Source: Cyanophora paradoxa CCMP329 (taxonomy: Eukaryota > Plantae > Glaucophyta). Taken from it: a stretch of DNA of 64,000 bases. Location: positions 1 to 64,000 of the forward strand of contig QPMI01000417.1 in assembly GCA_004431415.1 (NCBI GenBank). Direction: 5' to 3'. Below are positions 46,901-58,034 of the stretch, one piece after another. Below the pieces are notes generated by a model. The model had not been told where the DNA came from. It searched no databases and worked only from the letters and a program-made list of their open reading frames with translations. Numbering within the stretch: position 1 is the first letter of the stretch; the number at the start of each line of letters is the position of its first letter. The translations under genes were made by a program, and so were the position numbers.

Positions 46901-49900
46901 TGAGCAGCAGGGCGCCGTGACCGCCCTCTCCAGCGGTCTCCGGATCCGGGACGAGTATAAATGAACACCCGTTTAGATATAGCTTACGACCTCGCCGAGC
47001 GTGACGCCGGGGCGGGGCGGGCTCAGGTGAACCACGGGCTCGTCGCGGGGCGGCCGACGCCGCTCTTCAGCGCGGCTCAGGCGGGCAACGTGCCCCTTGT
47101 CCGGTGCGGCACACGCACACACACGCACACACTTCTTGTTTCTTCTTTCCGATCGCGATGCTTTCGTCTTCAAATGTCCTTTTGGCGCTCCTGCGCAGAC
47201 TTCTGCTGGCTGCCAAGGCCGACCCGAACCCGCCCGCCATCAAAGGCAGCTTCGGGAGGCAGGGGGTACGCGAATCGACCTGCCGCAGCCGGGCCCTCGC
47301 GCCCGCTTGTAACTAGCGCCGTTATATTAACTTTCCACCGCCCCGTCCCAGGGTACGGTCCTCTCTGTTGGGACGCGGTCCCTTGACCCCGATCTGGTCA
47401 AGTGAGTACCCCCCCCCCCCTCTTTCTCTCGAAATGGCACCGCGCGGATTCGAACGCGGCGAAGGGCCCTCCTGGACGCCGGTGCGGACCCCAACGCGGC
47501 GGACGAGGACGGCGGTACCCCCCTCCTCGAGCTCTCCCTGCTCGGCATCAAACCGGCGGTCCGCGACGTGGCCCTGTGCGCTTTTTTCACGTACCCCCAA
47601 GCTCTGCTCCCTCCTCCGTTTATGGGGATCGAGCATCAGGCTGCTCCTGGAGCGGGGCGCCGACGCGGCGGCCAAGGCGAGGGACGGGTCTACCCCGCTG
47701 CTCATGCTGTTCCGCAGCGGGCGGGGCGCCTTCGACTCGGAGACGGCCCGCTCCCTCGCCGGGCGAGCCGCGCGCGCGCGCACCCACGCCCGGCCCCCGC
47801 TGGAATCCTGAACTATAAGCCTCCCCCGTAATTATAAGGCTGACAAGCTTTTTGTTTGTAGGGAGTTTGTGCGCCGCGGGTGCGAGGTGGACGCGGCGGG
47901 GAGCGGGGGGACCCTCCTCCATTGTGCAGCCAACTGGTGCCGCTCTTTCCGCGCTGATATAATTCTAAAATTTAATTTAAAATTGAATCTAACCGCCGTG
48001 TCACGCCCGCCATCGGCGCCAAACCACCTAATTCCGGTAGCACTTCAATAGAATCTAACACAACATAATTCCGCGTAATCTAATTCCAGTGTGTTCTTAT
48101 CTAATAGCCGCCTTGTCAAATGTCAAATATCTAATACTCTTATAGGTGCGCGGAGGCGGTGGAGCTCGCCCTGGAGCTGGGGGCGGCGGTGGACGCCCGC
48201 GGCCCCAACGACCTGGTGCACGCGCGCGCGCCCCGCCAGAGTTTTATTCACTGGGTCGGGTTTCAGATGTTAGAAATGCAAAGCTTAAGATGTGACCATA
48301 GCTGAGTCTTTCACCGGGGCTTCTCTAGATCTGTAGCTGAAAGCAGGTGCTAAAACGGGGAGCGGTCTTCTATATCAGGCGTTTAAAACTGTCAACCCTC
48401 TCTTGTTCTCCTGATCGATCGGTCGGGCGGGGCCAGAACACGCCGCTGCACGCGGCGGTGCTGATGCGGGAGGCAGAGGCCGGCGGCGCGCGCACGGTCA
48501 GGCTCCTCGTCGAGAAGGCGCGCACCTCTTCCCGTCCAGCACTTCTAGCACTTCGATTTCTATCGGACGCATCGGGCTCCAGCTCGATCTAGGGATCGGT
48601 ACCGTGCTCTGGATCTGACCTCGCGATTGGGCGGCATGGCTGCAGGGGGCGGACGTGCGGGCTCTCAACAGGGCGGGGCAGACGCCGCTCGCGGCGGCGG
48701 CGCAGAAGGGGAAGATGGACGAGGTCGCGTGCGCCCGGACCGCCGCCCGCCCGCGCCGCCTCTCATCGCGCTTCGAGTTCACGTTACGGAGCATAAGCGT
48801 GTCCTTCCTTTAAAACGATTGCAAACACATCGGCAGGCGCCTGACTAGAGCGTTTATTGCGCAAACTAATCGGCAGGCGCCCGCAGCTGCTAGAGCGGTT
48901 AGAGCTCAAATTATGTAAACAGATCGATTTCGGCAGGCGCCTGACTCGCGCGCGCGCGCGCCCCCGTTGACTTTCCGGCCGGGCAGGTACCTGCTCGGCG
49001 TCGAGGCGGACGGGGTCGCCTCTGGGGCGCTTCCGCCCCCCGGGCCGCCCCCCGCCCGCGACTCGGGGGGCGCCCTCGCCGGCGTCCCAGGAGGGTGCGC
49101 GGCGCGGCGCTTATAAATTATTTATATACTTTTGGCGAGCTTGGCGCTTGCATTGGCTGAACCTGTAAGACGGACCTAAGTTATTCTAAACCGAAGGGCT
49201 TTAGCTTCCGTTTGATCCGCTGATTCCGAATGCGCGCAGCGTCTTCGCGGCGGCTGCGTTCGCGATCAAGGCGGGGCGCGTCGACCTCGTCAGGTCCGAG
49301 CGCGTTCGCTTGAGGATCCGGAGCCAGTACTGGTCTCGGAGTTTGAGGTTTATTTTGTGGCTCGCGCTCAGTAAGGCGGCGGACTGGCTCGTCGCCTGCG
49401 TCGATTCGGGCCTTGAGGGCGATTTCGCGGCGCTGGGGCGGACGGCAGAGGCCGAGGACCAGCCGGAATGCGCGGCGGTGCGCCCTTTACATTACATTTC
49501 ACGTCGTTGAGAATTGTGGTAGCTGATGCATGCATATGCATCCGCAGCTCGCGGCGGGAGGGGCGCGCGTTGCCGCGCTACTGTCTGGAAAGAAAGGAGA
49601 GGGCGCCGCGGACGGCGCTGGCGAGTCGCCGGCGCCGGCGAACGGGGACACGGCGCTCATCGCGGCGTGCCGGGCCGGCCTCCGCGGCACAGCGCTCCGC
49701 CTCGCCGCCGCCGCCGCCGGCAGCGTCGAGTGCGTCCGGCCCCGCCCCGCCCCACCCGCCGCTGCCGGAGCCGACCCGACGTGCAGCGAGCGGAACGGGG
49801 CGGGGGAGACTGCGCTCTTCCACTGCGTGCGCCTGGGGCGGCCCATGCTCGACGTCGCCCTCCTCCTCATCCAGCGCGGTGCCGCCCCGCCCCGCTCCCC

Positions 49901-49973
49901 TCCATCGCACAGAACGCTGCACCTTGGCCTCTGTCGACGTCTCAACGAAATCGATGCGGGCAGGCGCGGACCT
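37498..49973. repeat. ~330-bp near-identical inverted repeat pair (37498-37828 and 49644-49973) between genes G and H
   Basis: Includes the shared exact stretch gcgctcttccactgcgtgcgcctggggcggcccatgctcgacgtcgccctcctcctcatccagcgcggtgccgcc plus two shared introns. Confidence 0.92.
43988..44483. promoter_or_regulatory. Putative bidirectional promoter of the Ank-TIR pair
   Basis: 496 bp between divergent ATGs. Inferred from geometry only. Confidence 0.45.
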
Positions 49974-52900
49974 GACGCTTCGAGTCGGAACGGGCGCCTC
50001 CCGCATGGTAAGTAAAGGAAATTGCATTCCAGAAATTAAATACAGCCAGTTTCGATTCGATCTTGGCTTCTTCTTAGCTTCTGACAGCCGCTTTCAAACT
50101 GATCGTAACTCCTTCGAATACTAATAATAAGCTTCGAACCCGCGGGTTTCAGCTGGCTTTTCGCGTCTAAGCCTCGTCCAAGCCAGCTCCTCCTAAGCTT
50201 CTCTTAGCTTCTGGCGGCCGATATCATAGCTTCTTCATATATATAGCTATTAGCTGCTTCGTAGCTTCTTCATAGCTTCTTCTGAGCCTCGAGTTCCGCA
50301 GAGCATTCTGGACGCGACAGCGGACGCCTCGCTCCGCGCGGAGCTCAAGGGCGCCGCCAAAGTCCGCGACGTCTTCATCAGGTGCCTATATATGCCATGT
50401 CTTTCGATGCTTAATGTCATGTCTTCGTTGATATCTTACGGCTAGCATTTATGTATATACTTCCAAGGCGTGCATACGCCGTGTCTTTTGCTGCCCCTTC
50501 AGCTTCTCCGTCGAGCTCTTCCAGCTGATGTTAACGTTTGTAAATTTTGCAGCTACGGGCACCACCCGCCCGAGGTCGCGAACTTCACGCGGCGCCTGCG
50601 CGACGAGCTCGAGCGGCGGCGCATCACGGTCCGCGCCCCCCGCCTCTCCCTCTTCAATCCATCTTTCTATCTCTGATTCCTTTCTCGACGGCATGCTCAG
50701 TGTTGGATGGACGAGATGAAGCCCAGGCGCGCGAGCGCGAGCGCCCTTAATGATTTCAATGTCAAAATCATAGTGTCTTATAAGACTTGTTCGTTATTTT
50801 CCTCCCTTCCTCTTCTGAGGCGCGGCGCGCGCGGCCGCAGCGGGATCGAGGCGGGGACGGAGTGGCGGGACGCCATTGGGGAGGGCGTCAAGGCGGCGCA
50901 GGCGGTCGTGTTCGTCGCCTCGAGGCACAGCTGCAAGCGAGCGCCGTTCGGTTCTCCTTGTTATTTCTTCTGCCGTCTTACAGAAAAGCAGGAGCGACTG
51001 GTGCATGCGGGAGCTGGCGCGGGCGCGGGACCTCGGGCGCAGGATCTACCCCGTCTGGCGCGAGAAGGTCCGTGCTCCAAACAGGAACATGCTATGATCA
51101 ATATTGCCCTTTACATTTAGATTTGCGTTTGAATTCGAATCCGTGAATTCGAACGGCAGGTGGAGCTGCAGGACCAGCTGAAGGGCTACCTCCTCCCCTT
51201 CGCATTCACCGACTTCTCCGAGTCCGCCCCATCTTCTTTGGGGTTCTTTTAAGCTCGTACGAATCGAGCCTGGCCGGGTCGCGGTTCCAGGGACGCCCTA
51301 TTCGAGCGGGACTTGCCCGCGTTCGTCGAATCGCTCCAGCAGGTCGGGGCGCCTGCGCTCGCACAAAATAAAAAATGTCTCTCAGCCTGTCAATTGCAAG
51401 CGTTTCAGCCTGACGGCTGAGTGATCATGAAGCTCAAACATGTTCCGGCAGACGATCGACGCGTCCTCGTCTGGGTCGGGCGGAGAGAAGAGTGCAGAAG
51501 CCGCGTCGGCTGCCGCGCTCTTGGCCATGCCCGAGGCCTGCACATCTCTTCAGCGCGCGCGCCACTTTCTGTCGGTCCGTTTCTCACTGAAAGTCCCCCG
51601 CAGGCGCGCTGCAAAGTGGGGGATGCGAGTGACCACCTCGTCCTCTGGTGCTCTCCCAAGGTGCTAACACCTATGCTTTGATCTGATCTGATCGCTAACA
51701 AGCTGAGCCTGTCCTTTCCTCACGGTTCTTTCCTCTGCTCAGGACGCGGCCTTTGCGCGGGTCGTGGTGCTCGGCCTCAGGGACCGAGGCGTCTCCTGCT
51801 GGGTCGACTGCTTGGCGCCGGTGGCGGTGCGGTCGCGAACTCGAACGCAGCGATTTTCTGCAGAACGCTAAGTGCAATTCGCTTTGCGTTACTAATTTCG
51901 AACTCTCGCTTAGGTTGACGGCGCGCATGCGCGGGGAGCGCCGCCGGGGTCGGATTCGGATGCGGAGGTGGAGACGGCCGCGGCGGCCGCCGCCGCCGTT
52001 GCCAGCTGCGCTGCCTTCGTCCCGCTCCTCAGGTGAGCAGCTGCAGTTCGCCCTCTGCGCCGCTTGCCTTCGGCCCTCACGCCAGCGCTGTAGCCCCGCG
52101 TCGATCGCGGAGCACGCGGACGAACTCCGGTCCCGCCTGCAGGCGCGCGCGCGGTCCTCGGTCTGCAATTTACATTATTGTCCGTGTCACCAACGGCTCC
52201 GGGCCGGGCCGGCCACGCAGCTGGCGTCCCAGCACCGGCGGCCTCTGCGGCCCGCCGCCCTCCAGGATTTCGCGGTGCGCCTCTTTTTGCGGGCGCGGAT
52301 CTAGATTGCACCCTGCTAGCTACAACGCTCCCATCCATTCATTGTTTTCACTTCTCGGACGGGCGTGCGGGCGCAGGTGCCAGCGTCGCTCGAGTACTCG
52401 CTCGCCCAGTCCCCGGGCTTCTGCTTCCTCACCGAGGAGACGTCCACCTTCTTCCCGGTCCGCCCGCCCGCCCGCCCGCCCCCCCGCCCGCCCGCCCGCC
52501 CGCCCGTTCGCCCGCCGTGGCGCGCCGGATCTAGAGCTCTCCCGTTTCACAGAAGGCTAGCGCGTATTGATCAATTATACATCGCGTTTGCTCGTTCGTT
52601 TTCTGAGACCTGATCATGACCTCGGAACCGTACCGCGCCGCAGAGCCTGGACCTCCTCGTCGCGTCGCTGCCGCGGCCCGCCGACGTCGCCCCCGCGGCC
52701 GCCGCCCCCGCCCAGGCCCTCGGCCAGCACGGCGCCGGTGCGCTTAGACTAGAGTCGTTGATCATGATCATGAGCGGCTTGCGCTCAAAGCCGCGCGGCT
52801 TGCGCCAGCACCCGTGGTTCTAGATCTGCGGCTGGCCGCTCAGATCACTGAGTCGCTGACCCGCCGAGGCAGCCGCAGCCGTGGCGCGGGTCGCGTCTGG

Positions 52901-53424
52901 GGCGTCCAAGGATCGGCAGGCGCGTTTATGTTTTGAGCTTTGAATCTCAATGTGTGAATCGCCGCGGCTGCTGATGCTTCGCCCTCCGCTGCGGCCGCAG
53001 ATGGCGGCGGAGCTCGCGGCATGCGAGGAGCAGCTGCGGGCGGCCCGCAGGGAAACGGCCGAGCTCGAGGCGGAGGTGAGGCCCGCTTGGCTGAACTTGA
53101 CACTCTTCGACGTTCCTGGATCTGCGCATACCTTGGCTTGGCTCAGCTTATAATTAATATTAGCTCTCCACAACTTCTCTGATTTCCTCGTGTTACTCCA
53201 TCGCAGGCGGCGAGGCTGCGGGCCGCCGCCGCGTCGCTCCGGAGCCCCGCGGAGCCGGCCGGGCCCCCGCCCCCCGCCCCCGCCCCCGCCCCGCCCCGCC
53301 CTCGACGGCGCAGCCGGCTCTGCCGCTGCCGCGGGCGCCGGCGCCGGCGCGATCGGCAAGCCGAGACGCGGGCGGGGGCCCGCGGCCGGCCCCGGCGGGG
53401 TCCAAGGCTTGTCTTGTCCAGTGA
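44484..53424 (+). CDS. Gene H: ankyrin repeats - TIR (catalytic Glu) - degenerate second TIR - coiled coil - CaaX (SKACLVQ)
   Basis: ATG 44484 (MSLLEAVQKGQVEDVR). ANK exons (GMQPLHVSSLNGHLEVV, GYAALHLASKYGHAEVV, RTALHVACAAGHEAVV). TIR VRDVFI|SYGH...CWMDE...GIEAGTEWRDAIGEGVKAAQAVVFVAS...SDWCMRELARA...IYPVW (50360-51070). Stop TGA 53424; needs an indel in the G/C runs of the last exon. Confidence 0.88.
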
Positions 53425-54146
53425 CATGTACATCCCGATCGATCACGCCGAGGTCATTATAAAAATTATTCAAGCGATACACGTGCACTTGCTACGGTAT
53501 ACGAATTATGTTATTGCGCCTAGTTCATGTCGAGTCGAGCTCAAGGCTCTATGATATTTTGCTCATGCGCTTTATTCAAAGATTCGTGCCAGTACGGTGC
53601 AGATCCGCGATCCGGCGTTGAAGGACTGGGCCGGGCGCCGGATTGGGGCGCCGGATTCACGTGCCCCGGTACCTCGCCGATCGCGAATTGCTCGGCGGTA
53701 CCGGTCCTGGTCGGCGGTCCCGTCCCGGTGATCCAGGTCGAGCGCCCCCTAACAGGAGGAGCGCCCCTAAAGAGAGATCGTGGAGACTCTGATTCAGTGA
53801 GAGCTTGAGTACTAGTGGAGCCTCGGAGAGAAGCGAAATTAAATTCGCGATCGAAAGGAGATTTTCGCAGACTGTGGCCTAGCTATCTATAGCTATAGCT
53901 ATAGCTAGCTAGCGCTAGAGCTTCTCTTCTAAAGCCAAGCCTTGAAGGTTTTCGTTCATATTCCCCCTAGCTATATATATATATAGTTTGACGGGAAAAC
54001 TTAAATTGAAAGAAGAGATAATTCGAATGGCCGGAGCAATTGCGCATGCCGGATGGAGAGAGAATCTTCGAATATTAATTCTATAGATCTAGATCTTCGA
54101 TCGCATTCTAGATTTCCTCTACCGCAAGAAGCAAAAGCAGAGCGCC

Positions 54147-56685
54147 ATGAGCTTGCGGAAGGTGGCGTCGCCCGACGTCGACAGCAAAGAGCCCGACGAG
54201 AATGATAGGTGCGCGCTCGCTTGCGCGCGCTCTCTCGCGCGCGGGCGACCGAATTCGAGAACTGAATGGGACGATGAACATCGCAGCTCGGATCATGATC
54301 GCGAGCCATCTAGATCTTCGGAATCTGCCCAGGTAACACGCGGAAAGATCCCTGCGCGAGGCAGATCGAACCACGGAACGCGCGCCTGATCATTATTGAT
54401 CGTTCCTCCGGTCCAGGCCGCGTGTCAGTTCTGCGGGGAAGAACTTGCCCTCGATAAGGCCTGGCAGCACATGAAACATTGCGAAAAGGCAAGGGCGGTG
54501 CCCGTTCGCCAGTTCGTGGATTGCGTTCGATGCGGCGCGACGGTGCGCCGAGAGCGCGAATTCGAAATTGTTCTGCATGGTCCCAGTCGCCGATCGTATC
54601 TTCGCGAGTCTGCAGAGCCTGCAGGGGTGGTTCGGTCTGGCATCGCACCTCGTCTACTGCAATCCTTCGCTGGACGCTCGTGTGCGCGCGTGCGAAATTC
54701 GCGCCGGCGCCGTCGACATCCATTTGATTTGAAACTTCGCGCCGGCCTCAAGCTTCTGAATCACGATTCCATGCATATGTGCGCAGCTTATGAGAAAACG
54801 GCATCGACACAGAGCCGCGAAACGGGATTCGAAGAAGAATGCAAGCAGCAGTGCAAAGACCGTCGAATTCAAAGCCCGCGCGGCCGCGGACGCAACTTCA
54901 AATCAGAGTTCGGTGTGCATGCGCATCCGCCGCAGCTTCTTCAACATAAATACGCTCTAATCTTTATATATATTGCAATTGTTAATTTTTTACGCGCAGG
55001 GTGAAGATTTTCCAATCGAGTGTCCGCTATGCCCGGAGACGATGCCGCATTCTCAGTTCAAGGAGCACGTCATGGGCCGCGGTCGCGCCCGCTGCAATGC
55101 GGTCTGGAACGGTCACGGCCTGATAGACTGCCCCCTCTGCGGCGCGGAGAGTCTGGAGGTCTGCGGCTTCAAGACGCACCTGCTCTCCTGCGACAAGGAC
55201 ATGGATTCCAAGGTTCCGATGCGCAGGTTTGAAGCTTAAGGGTTTACAGTCGCTGAGCAGGGCTGCAGGTGCGGGATCTACGGAAGCGGCAGCGCGAGTC
55301 GGCTCGCGAGCGACGGATCCGGATCCGGGGCCGGAGGATGAGTGCGGCCTCGGATCCAGAGAGCGACTGTGATGAGCACGATTCGTCAGCATCGGATTCG
55401 GAGCACGATCGCGGGGCTCGAACGTCCATGTACAGGCTCCGCACGCGCAAACGCAAGGGTACGGTATTTGAACGTGCTGAAAAACTCAATATTACAGCGC
55501 TATCGCTATATATATACCTAGCGCCCACGGATTCCGGTACCCCGGAAAATTGCGCGAAGGCCCGCGAGCGAGTAAGCCGGCGCAGTGGGGCTTCCCTAAC
55601 GCGGGTGCCTGTTAGCACTGCACGTGGCCGGTCCCAAAACTCGCGGCGCCGACGCCCTACGACCAGCACGGCCCGAACGCGCAAAGCAGGTCAGCCGGGC
55701 GGGCAACGGCAGCCGCAGCGACACCACAGACATCTAGAAGAGCAGTTGCGCCCCTGGTGGCGCCGCGACTCGCGCCAGCTCCCGCGGTAACGTGTTTAAA
55801 CGGGCCGATCCCCGCCGCCTTCTCCTGCCGCTCCGAGCGCGCCCGAGAGACGCCACACCACATCTAGAGCCAACATACGCTCATTTAAGCTCCCGTCCTC
55901 GCTCCGCCCGCCTTCCCGCCAACGCCTGCCACCCGCGCATGCGCGGCTCGCCTGAGCTCACGTCTACAGCGCACGACGCACAACTCGACTCGACTCCGGC
56001 AGTCGGACGCGCGGCTCCGCCAACGCACCCGGCTCCGCTGCCGCCGATCATGCGGGACCCTCCCCGCGCCCGTCGCTCACGCCCTCCGCCCGCGCCCCTC
56101 CTCCACGAACTTTGACGCCGGCCCCGTACTGCCACAGAGCATGCCGACGCCAGCGACCCGTGCGCGAGGCCGCCCGCGCCAGCACGACACTCAAGAACCA
56201 CGGGGCCGCATCCCCCCGCTCACTTGGCTCTCCGTGACGCGTGCGCGACGCTCGCAGGCCTCTGGCGGGACGCGGAGCAAACGCCCCAAGACGCGGCGGT
56301 GCGCCCCGCTCCCCCGCCCCGCTGCGACGCCGCCTCTGCTGGCGCCGCTGGCGCCGGCATGCAAGCCGACGACCCCCACGCATACCCGGGCGCATGAGCA
56401 CTCAAACGCTCGCCCAGCTACCACCGCGGGGTCTGAGCCAGACGGCGCTCGCCTGCCTCAGGGCCCGGCCTCGCCGGGACCCGCCCTCGTGGGGTCCGAG
56501 CCGGATGACGCTCGCCCACTATCGGACCCGGAATCCCCGGGCTCCGTCGAAGTCTTCCCAGTCGTCCCCGGCGGTCGCTGCCAGGCCCCGCGCCGCCCGC
56601 CCCTCATGCCCGCCGGTCCCGAGTCCCTCTCCCACGAGACGACTGGTCCCCTTGACACCCCCCTCGATGCAAGCCTCCTATACGG
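54147..56685 (+). CDS. Gene I: protein with several C2HC (TRAF/XAF1-like) zinc fingers and a low-complexity tail
   Basis: CQFCGEELALDKAWQHMKHC; CPLCPETMPHSQFKEHV; CPLCGAESLEVCGFKTHLLSC. 3' end uncertain. Confidence 0.6.
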
Positions 56686-56989
56686 TCGGCGAGCTTGGGG
56701 GGCGCCTGCGATATCGATATACACACGAATAAGTCGGCCCCCGTCTGCTCTGGGACGTCCTTGGCCCCTAGGGGAGCAATTCGAAAGCTTTTAACTGCAC
56801 GAGGGAGCTGGGCACCCTCCTCACGCTCGAGCTAGAACTTGCATGCCAGTGCACAGGCCTGAAGCATCCATTATGCAAATTTCTAAACAAGGGAACCAGG
56901 ACAGCCGGCCCATATATATATACTCCATGCGCGCAAGCGCATCGCTAGGCCCTTGCAATTGAGCTCATGATCATATGCATAAGCATATG

Positions 56990-57890
56990 TAGAAGCTGTA
57001 TACCAACGAGGAGGCCGCCAAGATCGCAGCCGCAGCCAAGCTAAATTAAGTCCCGCCAGCGCGCGGCCGAGCGCCTCGGGCCCGACGCGCGCAAGAAGAA
57101 CAAGGGCGGCGCCGCCGCCCCCGCCGCCCCGGCTGCCCCCGCGCCCCACCCCGCCGCCGCCGCTGCCGCGGCAGCCGCCGCCGCCGCCCCCGCGCCAATC
57201 GCCGCCCCGCGCCCGCCCGGGCCCGGCCCCGCCCCCGGCCCCGCCCCGGCCAACGTCACGCTCTCCAACTACCAGGCCACCCAGAAGCTCCTCACCGAGC
57301 TCACAGCGGCCATCGGCGGCCCCGCCGCCGTAGAGGCCTACCTCGCCGGCCGCCGCGCCGCGGCGGCGGACAACGCAGCGGCGTAGACTCTCTAGGACCC
57401 TCCTAGAGTTGGGGCCCCCGGCCACCCCTTTCTTTCTTTCTTTCCTTTAGTCATTTCTTCTTACCTGAGCGGCCTCAAGGCCTTGCTCCCCTCACGGGCG
57501 AGACTCACAGCTGTCCTGTATGCTCTGTGAAGCAATGCCAGGCGCGCGCTCACGACCCCCGATCAGGCCACCCCCGCCACTCGCCCCGCACCTTAGCCCC
57601 GGCCCAGCTGGGCCCCCACCTAGCCTGTGCTCACCCCTCCCCTACGTACCTCGCCCCATCCCGGCTCCCCGGGACACCCGCCCCGCGCCCCTCACGCCCA
57701 AAGATAGGGGATGTGCAACCGCCCTAGGCCTGTACTACCCCCCACCCCACCCCACCCCCCACCCCCCTACCGACTACGTACCGCCAACGCGAGCCCAAGA
57801 AGGACACCCCGCCCAAGCTCTCCCCCAAGGCCACACTGAACGCTTAGAGTTAGCGTCGAAGCGCCTATCCCTGTGTACCGGCCACAGGTC
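56990..57890 (+). mobile_element. Possible degenerate transposon or retroelement remnant
   Basis: Intronless, codon-like frame (KLYTNEEAAKIAAAAK/SRQRAAERLG...AYLAGRRAAAADNAAA*) lacking a start and broken by a 10-nt insertion at ~57041, followed by a strongly C/A-skewed tract. No RT or transposase motif seen. Confidence 0.3.
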
Positions 57891-58034
57891 ATGAGCTGAC
57901 CCAGAGTTCGGCCCAGTCCGAACCGGTAGTGCATACGTTGAAGTTAGCTAACTGAAAATAACATCATCGCCCAAGAATTGGGCTATCCTGAAAAACAAAA
58001 TACCTAGCGCCCACTGGTTTCAATTAATTTGCAG

